Position numbers and translations under genes: made by a program | Part shown: positions 39,249 to 48,978 of the stretch, piece by piece | Layout of the letters: each line of letters opens with the position of its first letter | Position numbering within the stretch: position 1 is the stretch's first letter | Notes under the pieces: model-generated | Databases searched by the model: none | Told to the model about the DNA's origin: nothing | What the model saw: the letters and a program-made list of their open reading frames with translations, nothing else | From: an uncultured Gemmatimonadales bacterium | GTDB taxonomy: Bacteria > Gemmatimonadota > Gemmatimonadetes > Longimicrobiales > RSA9 | Assembly (NCBI GenBank): GCA_963708135.1 | Contig: OY970192.1 | Span: 4,960,001 to 5,024,000 of the forward strand | DNA: 64,000 nucleotides | Reading direction: 5' to 3'

Positions 39249-40568
39249 GTGCAACGAACCCTCACCGTGAGACCGCCGGCGCCCGGCGCGGCGCCGCGCC
39301 GCGCGAGCCGGGTGTCCGCCATGGCCGACGGCCTCGTCGGCTCCGCGATCCTGAAGGTCGCGGCGGAGATCCGGGGGCTCCTCGCCCGCGGGATCGACGT
39401 CTGCAACCTGACGGTCGGCGACTTCAAGCCGGCGGAGTTCCCGATCCCGGAGGTGCTGGAGCGCCGGGTGGAGGCGGCGCTGCGCGGCGGCGAGACGAAC
39501 TACCCGCCGTCCAACGGCATGCCGGTGCTGCGCGAGAGCGTGTGCGGGTTCTACCGCCGGGCGTTGGGGCTCGACTACCCGGTCGAGTCCGTGCTCATCA
39601 CGGCGGGCGCCCGGCCCGCGATCTATGCGACGTTCCGCGTCCTCGTCGATCCCGGCGACCGCGTCGTCTTCGCGGTCCCGTCCTGGAACAACGACTACTA
39701 CTGCCAGATGGTCGGCGCGGAGCCGGTCGCCGTGGCATGCGACGCCGCCACCGCGTTCCTGCCCCACCGCTCGATGCTCGAGGAGGCGGTGCGCGGCGCC
39801 CGGCTGCTCGCGCTCAACTCGCCGCTGAATCCGACCGGCACGGTGATGGACGCGGAGGTGCTGCGCGGGATCACGGAGCTGGTCGTCGAGGAGAACGCGC
39901 GAAGGGGCCCGGACGAGCGGCCGCTCTACCTGATGTACGACCAGATCTACTGGATGCTCACCTACGGCGCCGCCCGCCACGCGAACCCGGTGACGCTCGT
40001 GCCGGAGGCGGCGCCCTGGGTCATTCAGATCGACGGCATCTCGAAGGCCTTCGCGGCCACCGGGCTCCGCGTCGGCTGGGCGCTCGGCCCGGCCGACGTC
40101 ATCCAGAGCATGTCGGACTTCAACGGCCACACCGGCGCGTGGGCGCCGCGCCCCGAGCAGGTGGCGACCGCCGAGCTGCTGGCCGCGCCCGCCGAGATCG
40201 AGGCCTACCACGCGGTCATGAAGACGTCGGTCCAGGCGCGGCTGGACGCGCTCTACCGCGGCATCGTCGCCATGCGCGACGCGGGCCTCCCCGTGGACGC
40301 CTTCGCCCCCGCGGGCGCGATCTACCTCAGCGCCCGCTTCGCGCTGAACGGGATGCGCGCGCCGGACGGCCGCACGCTCGAGACCAACGATGACGTGCGC
40401 GCCTACCTGCTCCGTGAGGCCGGCTTCGCCGTGGTGCCGTTCCAGGCCTTCGGCGTCCAGGAGGACAGCGGCTGGTTCCGCCTCTCCGCCGGCGCCGTCT
40501 CCACCGCCTCCATCGAGGCGACCCTGCCGCGGCTGGAAGCCGCCGTGCGCGCTGCCGCGACGGGCTGA
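39249..40568 (+). CDS. PLP-dependent aminotransferase class I/II
   Basis: NSPLNPTG, YDQIY, DGISKAFAATGLRVGW; start approximate. Confidence 0.9.
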   Translation: MQRTLTVRPPAPGAAPRRASRVSAMADGLVGSAILKVAAEIRGLLARGIDVCNLTVGDFKPAEFPIPEVLERRVEAALRGGETNYPPSNGMPVLRESVCGFYRRALGLDYPVESVLITAGARPAIYATFRVLVDPGDRVVFAVPSWNNDYYCQMVGAEPVAVACDAATAFLPHRSMLEEAVRGARLLALNSPLNPTGTVMDAEVLRGITELVVEENARRGPDERPLYLMYDQIYWMLTYGAARHANPVTLVPEAAPWVIQIDGISKAFAATGLRVGWALGPADVIQSMSDFNGHTGAWAPRPEQVATAELLAAPAEIEAYHAVMKTSVQARLDALYRGIVAMRDAGLPVDAFAPAGAIYLSARFALNGMRAPDGRTLETNDDVRAYLLREAGFAVVPFQAFGVQEDSGWFRLSAGAVSTASIEATLPRLEAAVRAAATG

Positions 40569-40705
40569 CGCCCCGCCCCCCCGGCCCCGCACGACCCGGG
40601 GGGGGCAACTTCACGAGGGTGAAGCGCGCGCGAGCCCCTCGCCCCGTTTTTGCAACCCCTTGCGGCGCAAATCGATGACTCCGGGGAGGGGTGGGCATGG
40701 GCGGT

Positions 40706-42311
40706 ATGGAGGGGGGGCGCTACGATGCGATCATCATCGGGAGCGGGGTCGGCGGGGGGATGGCGGCGCACGGGCTTGTGGAGGCGGGCCTGCGGGTGCT
40801 GGTCATCGAGCGCGGCGACTGGGTCCGGCGAGGTCCGCACAACTGGGAGGAGGACGGGGCGGTCAACCTGACGCCGCAGTACAGCATGGAGACGCCGTAC
40901 GAGCGGGCGGGGCGGCGGCGGGACGCGGTCGGGTCCGTGCACTGCGTGGGCGGCCCGTCCGTCTTCTACGGGGCCGTGTCGATGCGGCTGCGGGAGCGCG
41001 ATTTCCATCCCGACCGTCGGCTGCACGGGGAGCTGGGCGGGTGGCCGCTCGGCTACGAGGCGCTGGAGCCGTACTATGCGCGGGCGGAGCGCCTGCTCGG
41101 AGTGGCGGGGCGGCGGGGGGCGGACCCGACGGAGCCGCTCCGGAGCAGTCCCTATCCGGCGTCGCCAGCGGAGCTCTCTCCGATCTCCGCACCCGCATCG
41201 CGGCGGCGGCCCGGCGGCTCGGTTGCGATCCCTTTCCGCTGCCGCTCGCGATTCGCTTCGAGGGCGAGCGGCGCGAGTGCATCCGGTGCGCGACGTGCGA
41301 CTGCTTCGCCTGCGCGGTGAGCGCGAAGAACGACATCGCGACGGCGGTGCTGCCGCGGCTGCTGGAGCGCGGGCTCTCGCTCGCCACGCGGACCGTGGCG
41401 GTACGGCTGCTCGAGTCCGGCGGGCGGGCGAGGGGTGTCGAGTGCGTGGACCGGCGCGACGGCTCGCGGCGCCGCTACCGCGCCGACCGGATCCTGCTCG
41501 CGGCGGGCGCGCTCGCCTCGGCGCACCTGGTCCTGGCGTCGGGGCTCGATCGGCTGAGCCCCGCCCCGGCGCTGGTCGGCGGCACGCTGATGCGGCACTG
41601 CAGCGCGATCGTCTACGGCATCTTCCCGCGCGGGCTCGAGGGCAGGGGTCTCTTCCACAAGCAGGTGGGCGTGCACGACTTCTACTTCGGGCATCCGGCG
41701 ATCGGCGCGGCGCGCGGGCGGCTCGGCTCGATCCAGCAGGTCCACACGCCGCCGCTCGGGCTCGTGCGCGCGCGGCTGCCGCGGCCGCTGCACCGGTTCG
41801 TGCCCCCCGTCGTGGATCGGATGACGGGACTGCTCGTCATGGCGGAGGACCAGCCCTGCCCGGAGAACCGCGTGGCGCTGGAAGCCCCGTCGCCTCGATC
41901 CGCCACCGCCACACGAAGCGGGACCGGATGGCGCGCCGCGCCCTCGCGCGCGAGGCGCGGCGGATCCTCCGTGAGGCGGGCGCGTGGCTCACCTACACGC
42001 ACCGGATCGACACCTTCTCGCACGCCGTCGGCACGCTGCGCATGGGCGCCGACCCGACCCGCTCGGTGGTGGACGCCGGGGGCCGGTTCCGCGGCGTCGA
42101 TGACCTCTACGTGGTGGACGGCAGCTTCATGCCCGCGGCCGGCGGCGTGAACCCGAGCCTGACCATCGCGGCGCACGCGCTGCGCGTGGCGGACATCATT
42201 GCAGGCGACGGCGGCGCGCGCCCGGCTCCCGGCGCCGGGCGGGTCTCGCGGGCACGGCGCGCGGCCTCGCCCCTCGCGGTCCTGCGGCGGACGGAAGATG
42301 AGCGTGTCTGA
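40706..42311 (+). pseudogene. GMC family oxidoreductase split over three frames
   Basis: GSGVGG FAD motif in the first frame, CIRCATC and LAAGAL in the second, HAVGTLRMG...VVDGSFMP...NPSLTI in the third; shifts near 41192 and 41883. Confidence 0.75.
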
Positions 42312-43368
42312 GGCCGGCCGTGGCGGCGCGGCGCCGGAGTCGCCGCCGGGCGGCGCGCGGGCCTCGGCGGCGGGCGGCGTGCGCGGGCCGGCGGGAGCGC
42401 CGGCGCTCGTGCTGCTCGGCTGCGGGGATGCGGCCCGCATGCACAGCCGGACCCTGGCCCGCGTGGCGCCGGACGCGCCGCGCTTCTACGCCAGCCGCTC
42501 ACCGCAGCGGGCGGCGGCGGCGAGCGAGCGCTGGGGCGGCGCCGGCGCGTTCGGCTCCTACGCCGAGGCGCTGGCGGACCCCCGGCCGGACGTGGCGCTG
42601 GTGCTCACGCCGCCCGCCACGCACCTGGAGCTCGCGCTGGCGGCGCTCGGGGCGGGGAAGCACGTGATCGTGGAGAAGCCGCCGTTCCTCGGGGTGGCGG
42701 AGCTCGACCGCGCGGAGGCCGCGGCGCGCCGCGCGGGGCGGCGGCTGCTCGTCGCCGAGAACTACTTCTACAAGCCGCTGGCGGAGCGGCTGCGAGCGCT
42801 GGTCGGCTCGGGCGCGCTGGGCGAGATCCGGTTCGTGCAGCTGAACGCGCTCAAGTGGCAGGGCGCGGACGGGTGGCGCCGCGATGCGGCCATGGCGGGT
42901 GGGGGCGCGCTGTTCGAGGGCGGCATCCACTGGATCGACCTGCTGGCCAACCTGGGGCTGACGGTGGCGAGGATCCGGGGGGTGCGCGCGGGGCCGCCGG
43001 ACGGGCCGGCGCGGAGCGCGCTGGTCGTGGCGGACTACGAGGAGGGGGCGGTCGGCACGCTGCTCTACTCCTGGGAGATGCGCTCGCCGCTGCGGGGGCT
43101 CCGGCTCTCGCGCATCTACGGCACGGAGGGCGCCGCCGCCTTCGAGTCGAACGGCCTCGTGCTCGCCACCTCCGGCCGACGCCGCGCCCTGCGCTTCCCC
43201 GGGCTCCGCGACATTGCCGGCTACCGCGCGATGTTCACCGACTTCCTCCGCGCGCTGGCCGGCGGCCCGCCCGCCCGCTATACGAGCGCCCTGGCCCGGC
43301 GGGACCTCGAGCTCACCGAGCAGGCGGAGCGCGGGCTGGCCCAGGCGCTCGCCACGCCCGGACGGTAG
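42298..43368 (+). CDS. Gfo/Idh/MocA family oxidoreductase
   Basis: LLGCG, TPPATH, GKHVIVEKP, GGGALFEGGIHWID. Confidence 0.85.
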   Translation: MSVSEAGRGGAAPESPPGGARASAAGGVRGPAGAPALVLLGCGDAARMHSRTLARVAPDAPRFYASRSPQRAAAASERWGGAGAFGSYAEALADPRPDVALVLTPPATHLELALAALGAGKHVIVEKPPFLGVAELDRAEAAARRAGRRLLVAENYFYKPLAERLRALVGSGALGEIRFVQLNALKWQGADGWRRDAAMAGGGALFEGGIHWIDLLANLGLTVARIRGVRAGPPDGPARSALVVADYEEGAVGTLLYSWEMRSPLRGLRLSRIYGTEGAAAFESNGLVLATSGRRRALRFPGLRDIAGYRAMFTDFLRALAGGPPARYTSALARRDLELTEQAERGLAQALATPGR

Positions 43369-43459
43369 CGCGCGGGCACCGGCCGGGTCCGCACGGGGCG
43401 GGCCGGCCCCTCCGGGCCCGCAGCATCGCTCGTGCTCGGGCCACGTGCCGATGGCCGCC

Positions 43460-44359
43460 TCAGCCGCATCCGTCCAGCGCCGCCCGGAACGCCGCGATGT
43501 GCGCGGGACCGGTGCCGCAACAGCCGCCGATGATGGCGGCGCCGGCCTCTCGCAGGGCGCCGAGGCCCGCGGCCATCTCCCGTGGACCGGCGTCATAGGC
43601 CGCGATGCCGTCCACCAGCCGCGGGGTCCCGGCGTTCGGCTGGACCATCACCGGGACGCCGGGCGCCGCCGCGCGGTAGCGCCGCACCACCTCGGCGTGC
43701 CCCGCCAGCTCGAGGCCCGCGCCGCAGTTCACGCCCAGCACATCGGCGCCCGCGGTGAGCAGGGCGCGGGCGGCCGCCTCGGGCGCGACTCCCATCATCG
43801 TGCGCGGGCCGACCCTCGTGGCGTCGAAGGCCATGGAGGCGACGATGGCGGGCGCGCCCGCCTCGCGCGCGGCCCGCACCGCGAGCAGCGCCTCGTCCAG
43901 CGCGGACATGGTCTCGATGATGATGCCGTCCACGCCCGCCTCGACCAGCGCCCGCGCCTGCTCGAGGAAGGCGGCCAGCGCCTCCTCGGGCGCGTCCTCG
44001 CCCACCGGCGCGAGCACGCCGCCGAACGGGCCGATGTCGCCGAGCACGAGCGCGCGCTCACCGGCGGCTCGCCTCGCGAGCGCGACCGCCGCGCGGTTCA
44101 GCTCCGCGACACGGCCGGCGGCGCCGTGGCGCTCCAGGCGCGGCCGGCTCGCCCCGAACGTGTTCGTCAGCAGCAGCTCGGCTCCCGCCTCGACGTAGCG
44201 CCGGTGCACCGCCTCGACCAGCTCGGGGTGCTCCACGCACCACGGCTCGCCGGGCGCGCCGGCGGCGAGGCCGGCGGCCTGGAGCTCGGTGCCGAGCGCG
44301 CCGTCGGCGAGGAGCGGGCCCCGCCGCTCCACGATGCGGGCCAGCAGCCCGTCCCTCAC
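43460..44359 (-). CDS. Homocysteine S-methyltransferase family protein (stand-alone MetH N-terminal-like domain)
   Basis: DGALGT, TNTFGA, IIETM, GVNCG, QPNAG, GGCCGT (Zn ligands). Confidence 0.9.
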   Translation of the reverse strand: MRDGLLARIVERRGPLLADGALGTELQAAGLAAGAPGEPWCVEHPELVEAVHRRYVEAGAELLLTNTFGASRPRLERHGAAGRVAELNRAAVALARRAAGERALVLGDIGPFGGVLAPVGEDAPEEALAAFLEQARALVEAGVDGIIIETMSALDEALLAVRAAREAGAPAIVASMAFDATRVGPRTMMGVAPEAAARALLTAGADVLGVNCGAGLELAGHAEVVRRYRAAAPGVPVMVQPNAGTPRLVDGIAAYDAGPREMAAGLGALREAGAAIIGGCCGTGPAHIAAFRAALDGCG

Positions 44360-45546
44360 CCGAGCGCCTCCGGGTACGGCCCGAGGTCCGCCGCGGCGCG
44401 GATCTGCAGGATGTTCTCGGGCGGGGTGTGCGGCGAGACGGAGCATGCGGTGGAGAGGATGTAGCCGCCGCCGGGTCCGGCGGCGGCAACGCGTCGCCTG
44501 GCATCGGCCAGCACGGCGGCCGGCGCGCCGTGGAGCACCGTGTTCACGGGATCGACGTTGCCCTTGATGAAGAGCCGGTCGCCGACGCGACGCCTGGCCT
44601 CGGCGAGCCGGACATCGCCGAGCGGCGGCGGGTCGAGCGCGTCGATCCCGTCCGTCCCCGTCGCCTCCATCAGGTCCAGCCGGTCGCTGATACGGCCGCA
44701 CGTGTGGGTGTAGACGGGCACGTCAGGGAAGCCGGCGTGGAACGCCTCGATGGCGCGCCGCTCGAAGGGGAGCACGAACTCCACGTAGTGTGCGCGCGAG
44801 ATGAAGCCGGCTCCCGCGAAGGCGCTCGAGATGAGGATGGCGTCCGCGCCGGCGCGGGCGTGCCCGGTCATGAGCTCGATCGTGCCGTCGGTGAGCGCCT
44901 CCAGGCACGCTCCCACCTTGCCCGGATCATCGAGCAGCGCCATGAGCGCGGGCGCGTAGTCGAGGAGCTCGAGCAGCTGGGTGAACGGCGAGAACACCTC
45001 GGCGTGCACGCTCACGTCGGGCGCCGCCTTGCGGACGAGCCGCAGGGTGTCCCAGTGCCACGGCGGGAAGAAATCGTCCAGAGGCGCCGGTTCCGTGCCA
45101 AAGCCCCAGGCCGTGGGGTAGCTCGGCCCCGCGATGTCGTGCGGCTCCACGTAGCGGAGCCGCTCCGGGTCGAGCTCCTCGAACGCGGGATGCGGCCGGG
45201 TGACGCGGTCGGTCGCGTAGACGTGCGGATTGTCGTCCGGCGGCACGACGGTCACGCGGCCGTCCCGCCACACGACGTGGCGGTCGGCGCCCACGGCCTC
45301 GACCCGCACGACCTGGCGCCGCCACTCGGGGTCGCGGCCTGGCAGGTTCACCAGGATGCCGTCGAAGCCGTAGCGGTGGCGCAGCCGGACGAGCGCGCTC
45401 GCGAACGCCTCGCTGTCGTGCCAGACGTCGAGCGGGTCCAGCCCCGCGTTCAGGAAGTAGTGCCCGAGCGAGAGCTGGCACATCACGGGCGGGCGGCTCG
45501 TGACGCGGTGGCGCATGGCCGCGGCCATCCTGTCGCGGGAGGTCAT
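44356..45546 (-). CDS. UroD-superfamily (MtaA/CmuA-like) corrinoid methyltransferase
   Basis: MTSRDRM start, SPFT, YTHTCG (H-x-C), KGNVDP, GYILSTACS. Confidence 0.8.
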   Translation of the reverse strand: MTSRDRMAAAMRHRVTSRPPVMCQLSLGHYFLNAGLDPLDVWHDSEAFASALVRLRHRYGFDGILVNLPGRDPEWRRQVVRVEAVGADRHVVWRDGRVTVVPPDDNPHVYATDRVTRPHPAFEELDPERLRYVEPHDIAGPSYPTAWGFGTEPAPLDDFFPPWHWDTLRLVRKAAPDVSVHAEVFSPFTQLLELLDYAPALMALLDDPGKVGACLEALTDGTIELMTGHARAGADAILISSAFAGAGFISRAHYVEFVLPFERRAIEAFHAGFPDVPVYTHTCGRISDRLDLMEATGTDGIDALDPPPLGDVRLAEARRRVGDRLFIKGNVDPVNTVLHGAPAAVLADARRRVAAAGPGGGYILSTACSVSPHTPPENILQIRAAADLGPYPEALG

Positions 45547-45782
45547 GGCGCGCTCGCGGCGGCCCGCCGCGGGTCGAGCGGACCGCCCGCGCAGCGGCTC
45601 GGCTGCCCCGGCGCACGCAGCCGGTTGGCGCAGGGCCCGCGGTGCGTGCAACGGTCCTCGCGGTCGCGGTAGGGGCAGCGCACGAGCGACTGCGCGTCCA
45701 CCGCCTCGCCGAGGCCGCCGAGCAGGGTCACGAGAGCCGCGCGGGCGGCGCGGAGCCGGATGGCCTCGCCTGTGGCGGCCAT
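45543..45782 (-). CDS. Small 79-aa protein with C-x8-C-x5-C-x12-C
   Basis: Exactly fills the gap with TGATG and ATGA overlaps; MAATGEAI...RCPYRDREDRCTHRGPCANR...SRC. Confidence 0.7.
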   Translation of the reverse strand: MAATGEAIRLRAARAALVTLLGGLGEAVDAQSLVRCPYRDREDRCTHRGPCANRLRAPGQPSRCAGGPLDPRRAAASAP

Positions 45783-47464
45783 CAGGAGGCCACCGCGCGG
45801 CGGGGCTCGGGCAACGGAGCGGGAAAGTCGAGCGCGGCCAGGAACGCGGCCTCGTAAGCGGGCAGCCCGGCGAGCTCCACGCCGGTCGCGGTGGATGCCA
45901 CGCGCTCGATGCGGGCGCGCGCGCCCCGGTCCACGAGGGCCATGCGTGCCCCGGCCCCGGCGGCGTTGCCGACGAAGCGAACCCGCTCGGGGTCCACGGG
46001 TGGAAGCAGCCCGATCGCCTGCGCGCTCTCCTTGCGCAGGTAGTTGCCGAAGGCGCCGGCGAGGAGCACCGCATCGAGGTCGTCCGCGGCGATCCCGGCG
46101 CTTTCGATTAGCAGCGCGATGCCGGCGGCGATGCTGCCCTTGGCGAGCTGGAGCTGCCGCACGTCGCGCGCGGTCAGCAGGACCTCGCCGCCGGGCGTGC
46201 CCGCGAGCACGAACGCGCGCCCGAGCCTCTCCTGCTCGACCACCCGCGCGGCCAGCAGCGGAGGCACGATGCCGTCGAGCTCGGCGGCGCCGCGCATCCG
46301 CCCGCTCGGCTCGAGCACCCCGGCGGCGAGCAGCTCCGCCACGGCATCGACCAGCCCGGAGCCGCACACGCCGCGCGGCTCGCCGCCGCCCGCGACGCGC
46401 ACCCAGACGCGGCCGCAGCCGCGGATGCGCACCTGCTCGATGGCGCCGGCGGCCGCGCGCATGCCGTGGTGGACGGTCGCGCCCTCGAAGGCCGGCCCGG
46501 CCGCCGTGGAGGCGCACAGCACCCGGCCGCCACAGGCCAGCGCGGCCTCCGAGTTCGTGCCCAGGTCCACCAGCAGCGTCGGCCGCTCGGCGCGGTCCAG
46601 CCCCGTGGCCACGATGGCCGCCACCATGTCCGCGCCGACGTGCCCGCGCAGCGCCGGCACCAGGTACGCCGGGGTGGAGGGTGGCAGCTGCAGGTCGAGG
46701 TCGCGGGCCGTGCCCCGCCACGGGCCCAGGATCGTGCCGGCGAACGGCGCGTGCCCGAGCGGCGTCACGTCCGCGTCGAGCAGCGTGTGCAGCATGGTCG
46801 GGTTGCCCACGAACGCGCAGGCGACGACGGCGTCGCGCGCGACCCCGGCCCCATCCGCGCAGCGCGCGATCAGCGCGTCCAGCGCGCCCACCAGCGCGGC
46901 GTGCAACTGGGCCGTGCCGCCCGTGTGCTCCTGCGCCCAGGCGATGCGGCTGACCACGTCGGCGCCGTAGCGCACCTGCGGGTTGAGCGAGGAGGCCGTC
47001 GCCGCGACCCGCCCCGTGGCCATCTCCACGAGCGCCACGGCCAGCGTGGTGGAGCCCACGTCCACGGCCACGCCGTACATCCCGCGGCCGCGCTCCAGCG
47101 GCTCGAAGCCGTGCGCGAACAGGTCCTCGTCGCCGAAGGCCTTGTGCGCGAGGGCGCGCGCCGCGGTCGGGACCTGGATGGCCGCGTCGCCTTCCAGAGT
47201 GAGCGTGCAGCCGAGCCGCCAGCCATCCGCCGCCGCGGCCCCGCCCAGTACCCGCACGTCCGCCTCGCCCGCGGCCGAGGCGCCCTTCAGCACGCGTACG
47301 CGGCAGCGGCCGCACGAGGCGCGCGCGCCGCACGCCCGCTCGACCAGGATCCCGGCCGCCGCCGCCGCGACCAGCAGCTCGACCGGCGCCTCGCCGCGCC
47401 AGCGGACGTCGTCGGGGACGAAGCGGATGGTCGCGCTCACCGGGGCCGCTCCTGCGTCAGGCAC
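45782..47464 (-). CDS. RACE/RACo-type ATP-dependent reductive activator of corrinoid proteins (2Fe-2S + ASKHA, DUF4445)
   Basis: CGARASCGRC...LGC ferredoxin, DVGSTT, NPQ..YGADV, DLGTNSE, AGPAFEG, GVCGSG, LAGAFG. Confidence 0.9.
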   Translation of the reverse strand: MPDAGAAPVSATIRFVPDDVRWRGEAPVELLVAAAAAGILVERACGARASCGRCRVRVLKGASAAGEADVRVLGGAAAADGWRLGCTLTLEGDAAIQVPTAARALAHKAFGDEDLFAHGFEPLERGRGMYGVAVDVGSTTLAVALVEMATGRVAATASSLNPQVRYGADVVSRIAWAQEHTGGTAQLHAALVGALDALIARCADGAGVARDAVVACAFVGNPTMLHTLLDADVTPLGHAPFAGTILGPWRGTARDLDLQLPPSTPAYLVPALRGHVGADMVAAIVATGLDRAERPTLLVDLGTNSEAALACGGRVLCASTAAGPAFEGATVHHGMRAAAGAIEQVRIRGCGRVWVRVAGGGEPRGVCGSGLVDAVAELLAAGVLEPSGRMRGAAELDGIVPPLLAARVVEQERLGRAFVLAGTPGGEVLLTARDVRQLQLAKGSIAAGIALLIESAGIAADDLDAVLLAGAFGNYLRKESAQAIGLLPPVDPERVRFVGNAAGAGARMALVDRGARARIERVASTATGVELAGLPAYEAAFLAALDFPAPLPEPRRAVAS

Positions 47465-48101
47465 GGACCGACGAGGCGCCGGTCAGGCGCAGTGCCTCGT
47501 CCACGGCATCCGCCGCGTTCGCGGCCCAGCCGTGCGCACCGATGCTCGAGGCGTACTCCCGCGAGACCGGCGCACCGCCGACCATCACCCGCACCTCGGG
47601 CAGAGCCTGCCGCAGCGCCGCGATCGTCTCCGGCATCCGCGACATGGTCGTGGTCAGCAGCGCGCTCAGGCCGACCAGCTGCGCGCCGTGCGCGGCCGCC
47701 GCCTCCACGAACGCCTGCGACGCCACGTCCACGCCCGCGTCCACCACGCGGAATCCCGCGCCCCGAAGCATCATTGCCACCAGGTTCTTGCCGATGTCGT
47801 GGATGTCGCCCTTCACCGTGCCGAGCACGACCGTGCCCACCGGCGGGATGCCCGCCGCCGCGAAGATCGGCTCCAGGTGCGCCAGCCCCGCCTTCATCGC
47901 CCGCGCCGCCACCAGCACCTCGGGCACGAAGATCTCGTTGTCCCGGAACCGCCGCCCGACCACCGCCATCCCGGGGATCAGCCCGTCCTCCAGGATCCGG
48001 CGGGCGTCCACGCCGGCATCGAGCACCTCCGCGACCAGCGCTCCGACCGCCGCCGCGTGGCCCTCCGCGAGATGCATCGCGATGCGCTCCAGCTCGGTCA
48101 T
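47457..48101 (-). CDS. Corrinoid (B12-binding) protein
   Basis: Cap domain FVPEVL, GTVKGDIHDIGKNLV (DxHxxG), LSALLTTT, VGGAPV. Confidence 0.95.
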   Translation of the reverse strand: MTELERIAMHLAEGHAAAVGALVAEVLDAGVDARRILEDGLIPGMAVVGRRFRDNEIFVPEVLVAARAMKAGLAHLEPIFAAAGIPPVGTVVLGTVKGDIHDIGKNLVAMMLRGAGFRVVDAGVDVASQAFVEAAAAHGAQLVGLSALLTTTMSRMPETIAALRQALPEVRVMVGGAPVSREYASSIGAHGWAANAADAVDEALRLTGASSVRA

Positions 48102-48354
48102 GGAGTGCCGTAGGGTCGGGAGAGAGGAAATGGCGGACGGCGGGCGCGTAAGAGGAGGGACACGCGCCGCCGCCGCCGGACTGCATACCCAACCTACGCT
48201 CCGCGCCGCCGCGCGCGTGTCGGGAGAATCCCGATCCCGTGTGGGAGATGCTTTGCTGAGAAACGGCGCCCAGGGCGGGTGGGGGTGCGGGGGGCGGGGG
48301 GGCATCCCCCCCCGCGGTTGCTCTTGCAGCTAGCCCGGGGAGGCCGGAACGCCG

Positions 48355-48879
48355 TCAGCTCTTTTCGTACGTCCCGATCAGCTGCCCGCGGGCGAGGATC
48401 TTGCCCTTCATCGCCTGCTCGACCTGCTCCGCGTTGGCGCCGTCGGGGAGCTGGAGCATGTCCTTCAGGGCGTAGAGCGTGAACAGGTAGTGGTGGTTGC
48501 CGCTCGGCGGGCAGGGGCCGCGGTAGCCGGCCTTTCCGAAGCCGTTCGTGCCCTGCGTGCCGCCTTCGGGCGAGCCCTGCTCGGCGCTCCCGGTGACGGC
48601 GGGCGGGATGTTGTAGACCACCCAGTGGGCGAAGCCCTTCGCATCCCGGTCGGTCACCAGCAGGGCGAGGCTCTTCGTGCCCTGGGGCAGGTTCGACCAG
48701 GAGAGCGCCGGCGAGTCGTTCTCGGCCTGGCAGGTATAGGTGGCCGGGATCGCGCCGCCGGAGGAGAATGCTGTGCTGGCCATGCGGATGCTGAGGGGCG
48801 CCTGACCTCCGGCGCCGCATCCCGCGGACGCGAGGATCACGAGACCGACGGTGATCCGTCCGAGCAGCTTCGGGCGCAT
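48355..48879 (-). CDS. YbhB/YbcL (PEBP) family protein, probable lipoprotein
   Basis: SPALSW, FAHWVVYNIP, YRGPCPP, HHYLFTLYAL. Confidence 0.9.
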   Translation of the reverse strand: MRPKLLGRITVGLVILASAGCGAGGQAPLSIRMASTAFSSGGAIPATYTCQAENDSPALSWSNLPQGTKSLALLVTDRDAKGFAHWVVYNIPPAVTGSAEQGSPEGGTQGTNGFGKAGYRGPCPPSGNHHYLFTLYALKDMLQLPDGANAEQVEQAMKGKILARGQLIGTYEKS

Positions 48880-48978
48880 GCGTCACCTCCGAGACGGGCT
48901 TGTTGTGCGTTGGCGCGGGCGCCGCGCGGAACGCCCACCGCCGCCAACCTACGCACGCCCCGCCGCGCTCCGCAAATC

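Noticed and set aside
36420..40568. Apparent giant fusion ORFs (also 20386-24459, 48490-52494, 13861-16938, 32423-35239, 52875-55250)
   Set aside because: Only the C-terminal parts are recognisable proteins; the upstream parts are stop-free shadows of other genes, so starts were reassigned.
44356..45546. Annotation as true uroporphyrinogen decarboxylase (hemE)
   Set aside because: No RQAGR motif; it has the H-x-C...C zinc signature and a corrinoid-operon context.
48102..48354. Cobalamin, SAM or SAH riboswitch upstream of the corrinoid operon
   Set aside because: No B12 box or SAM/SAH consensus recognised by eye, only G/C-run hairpins. An Rfam cmscan would be decisive.
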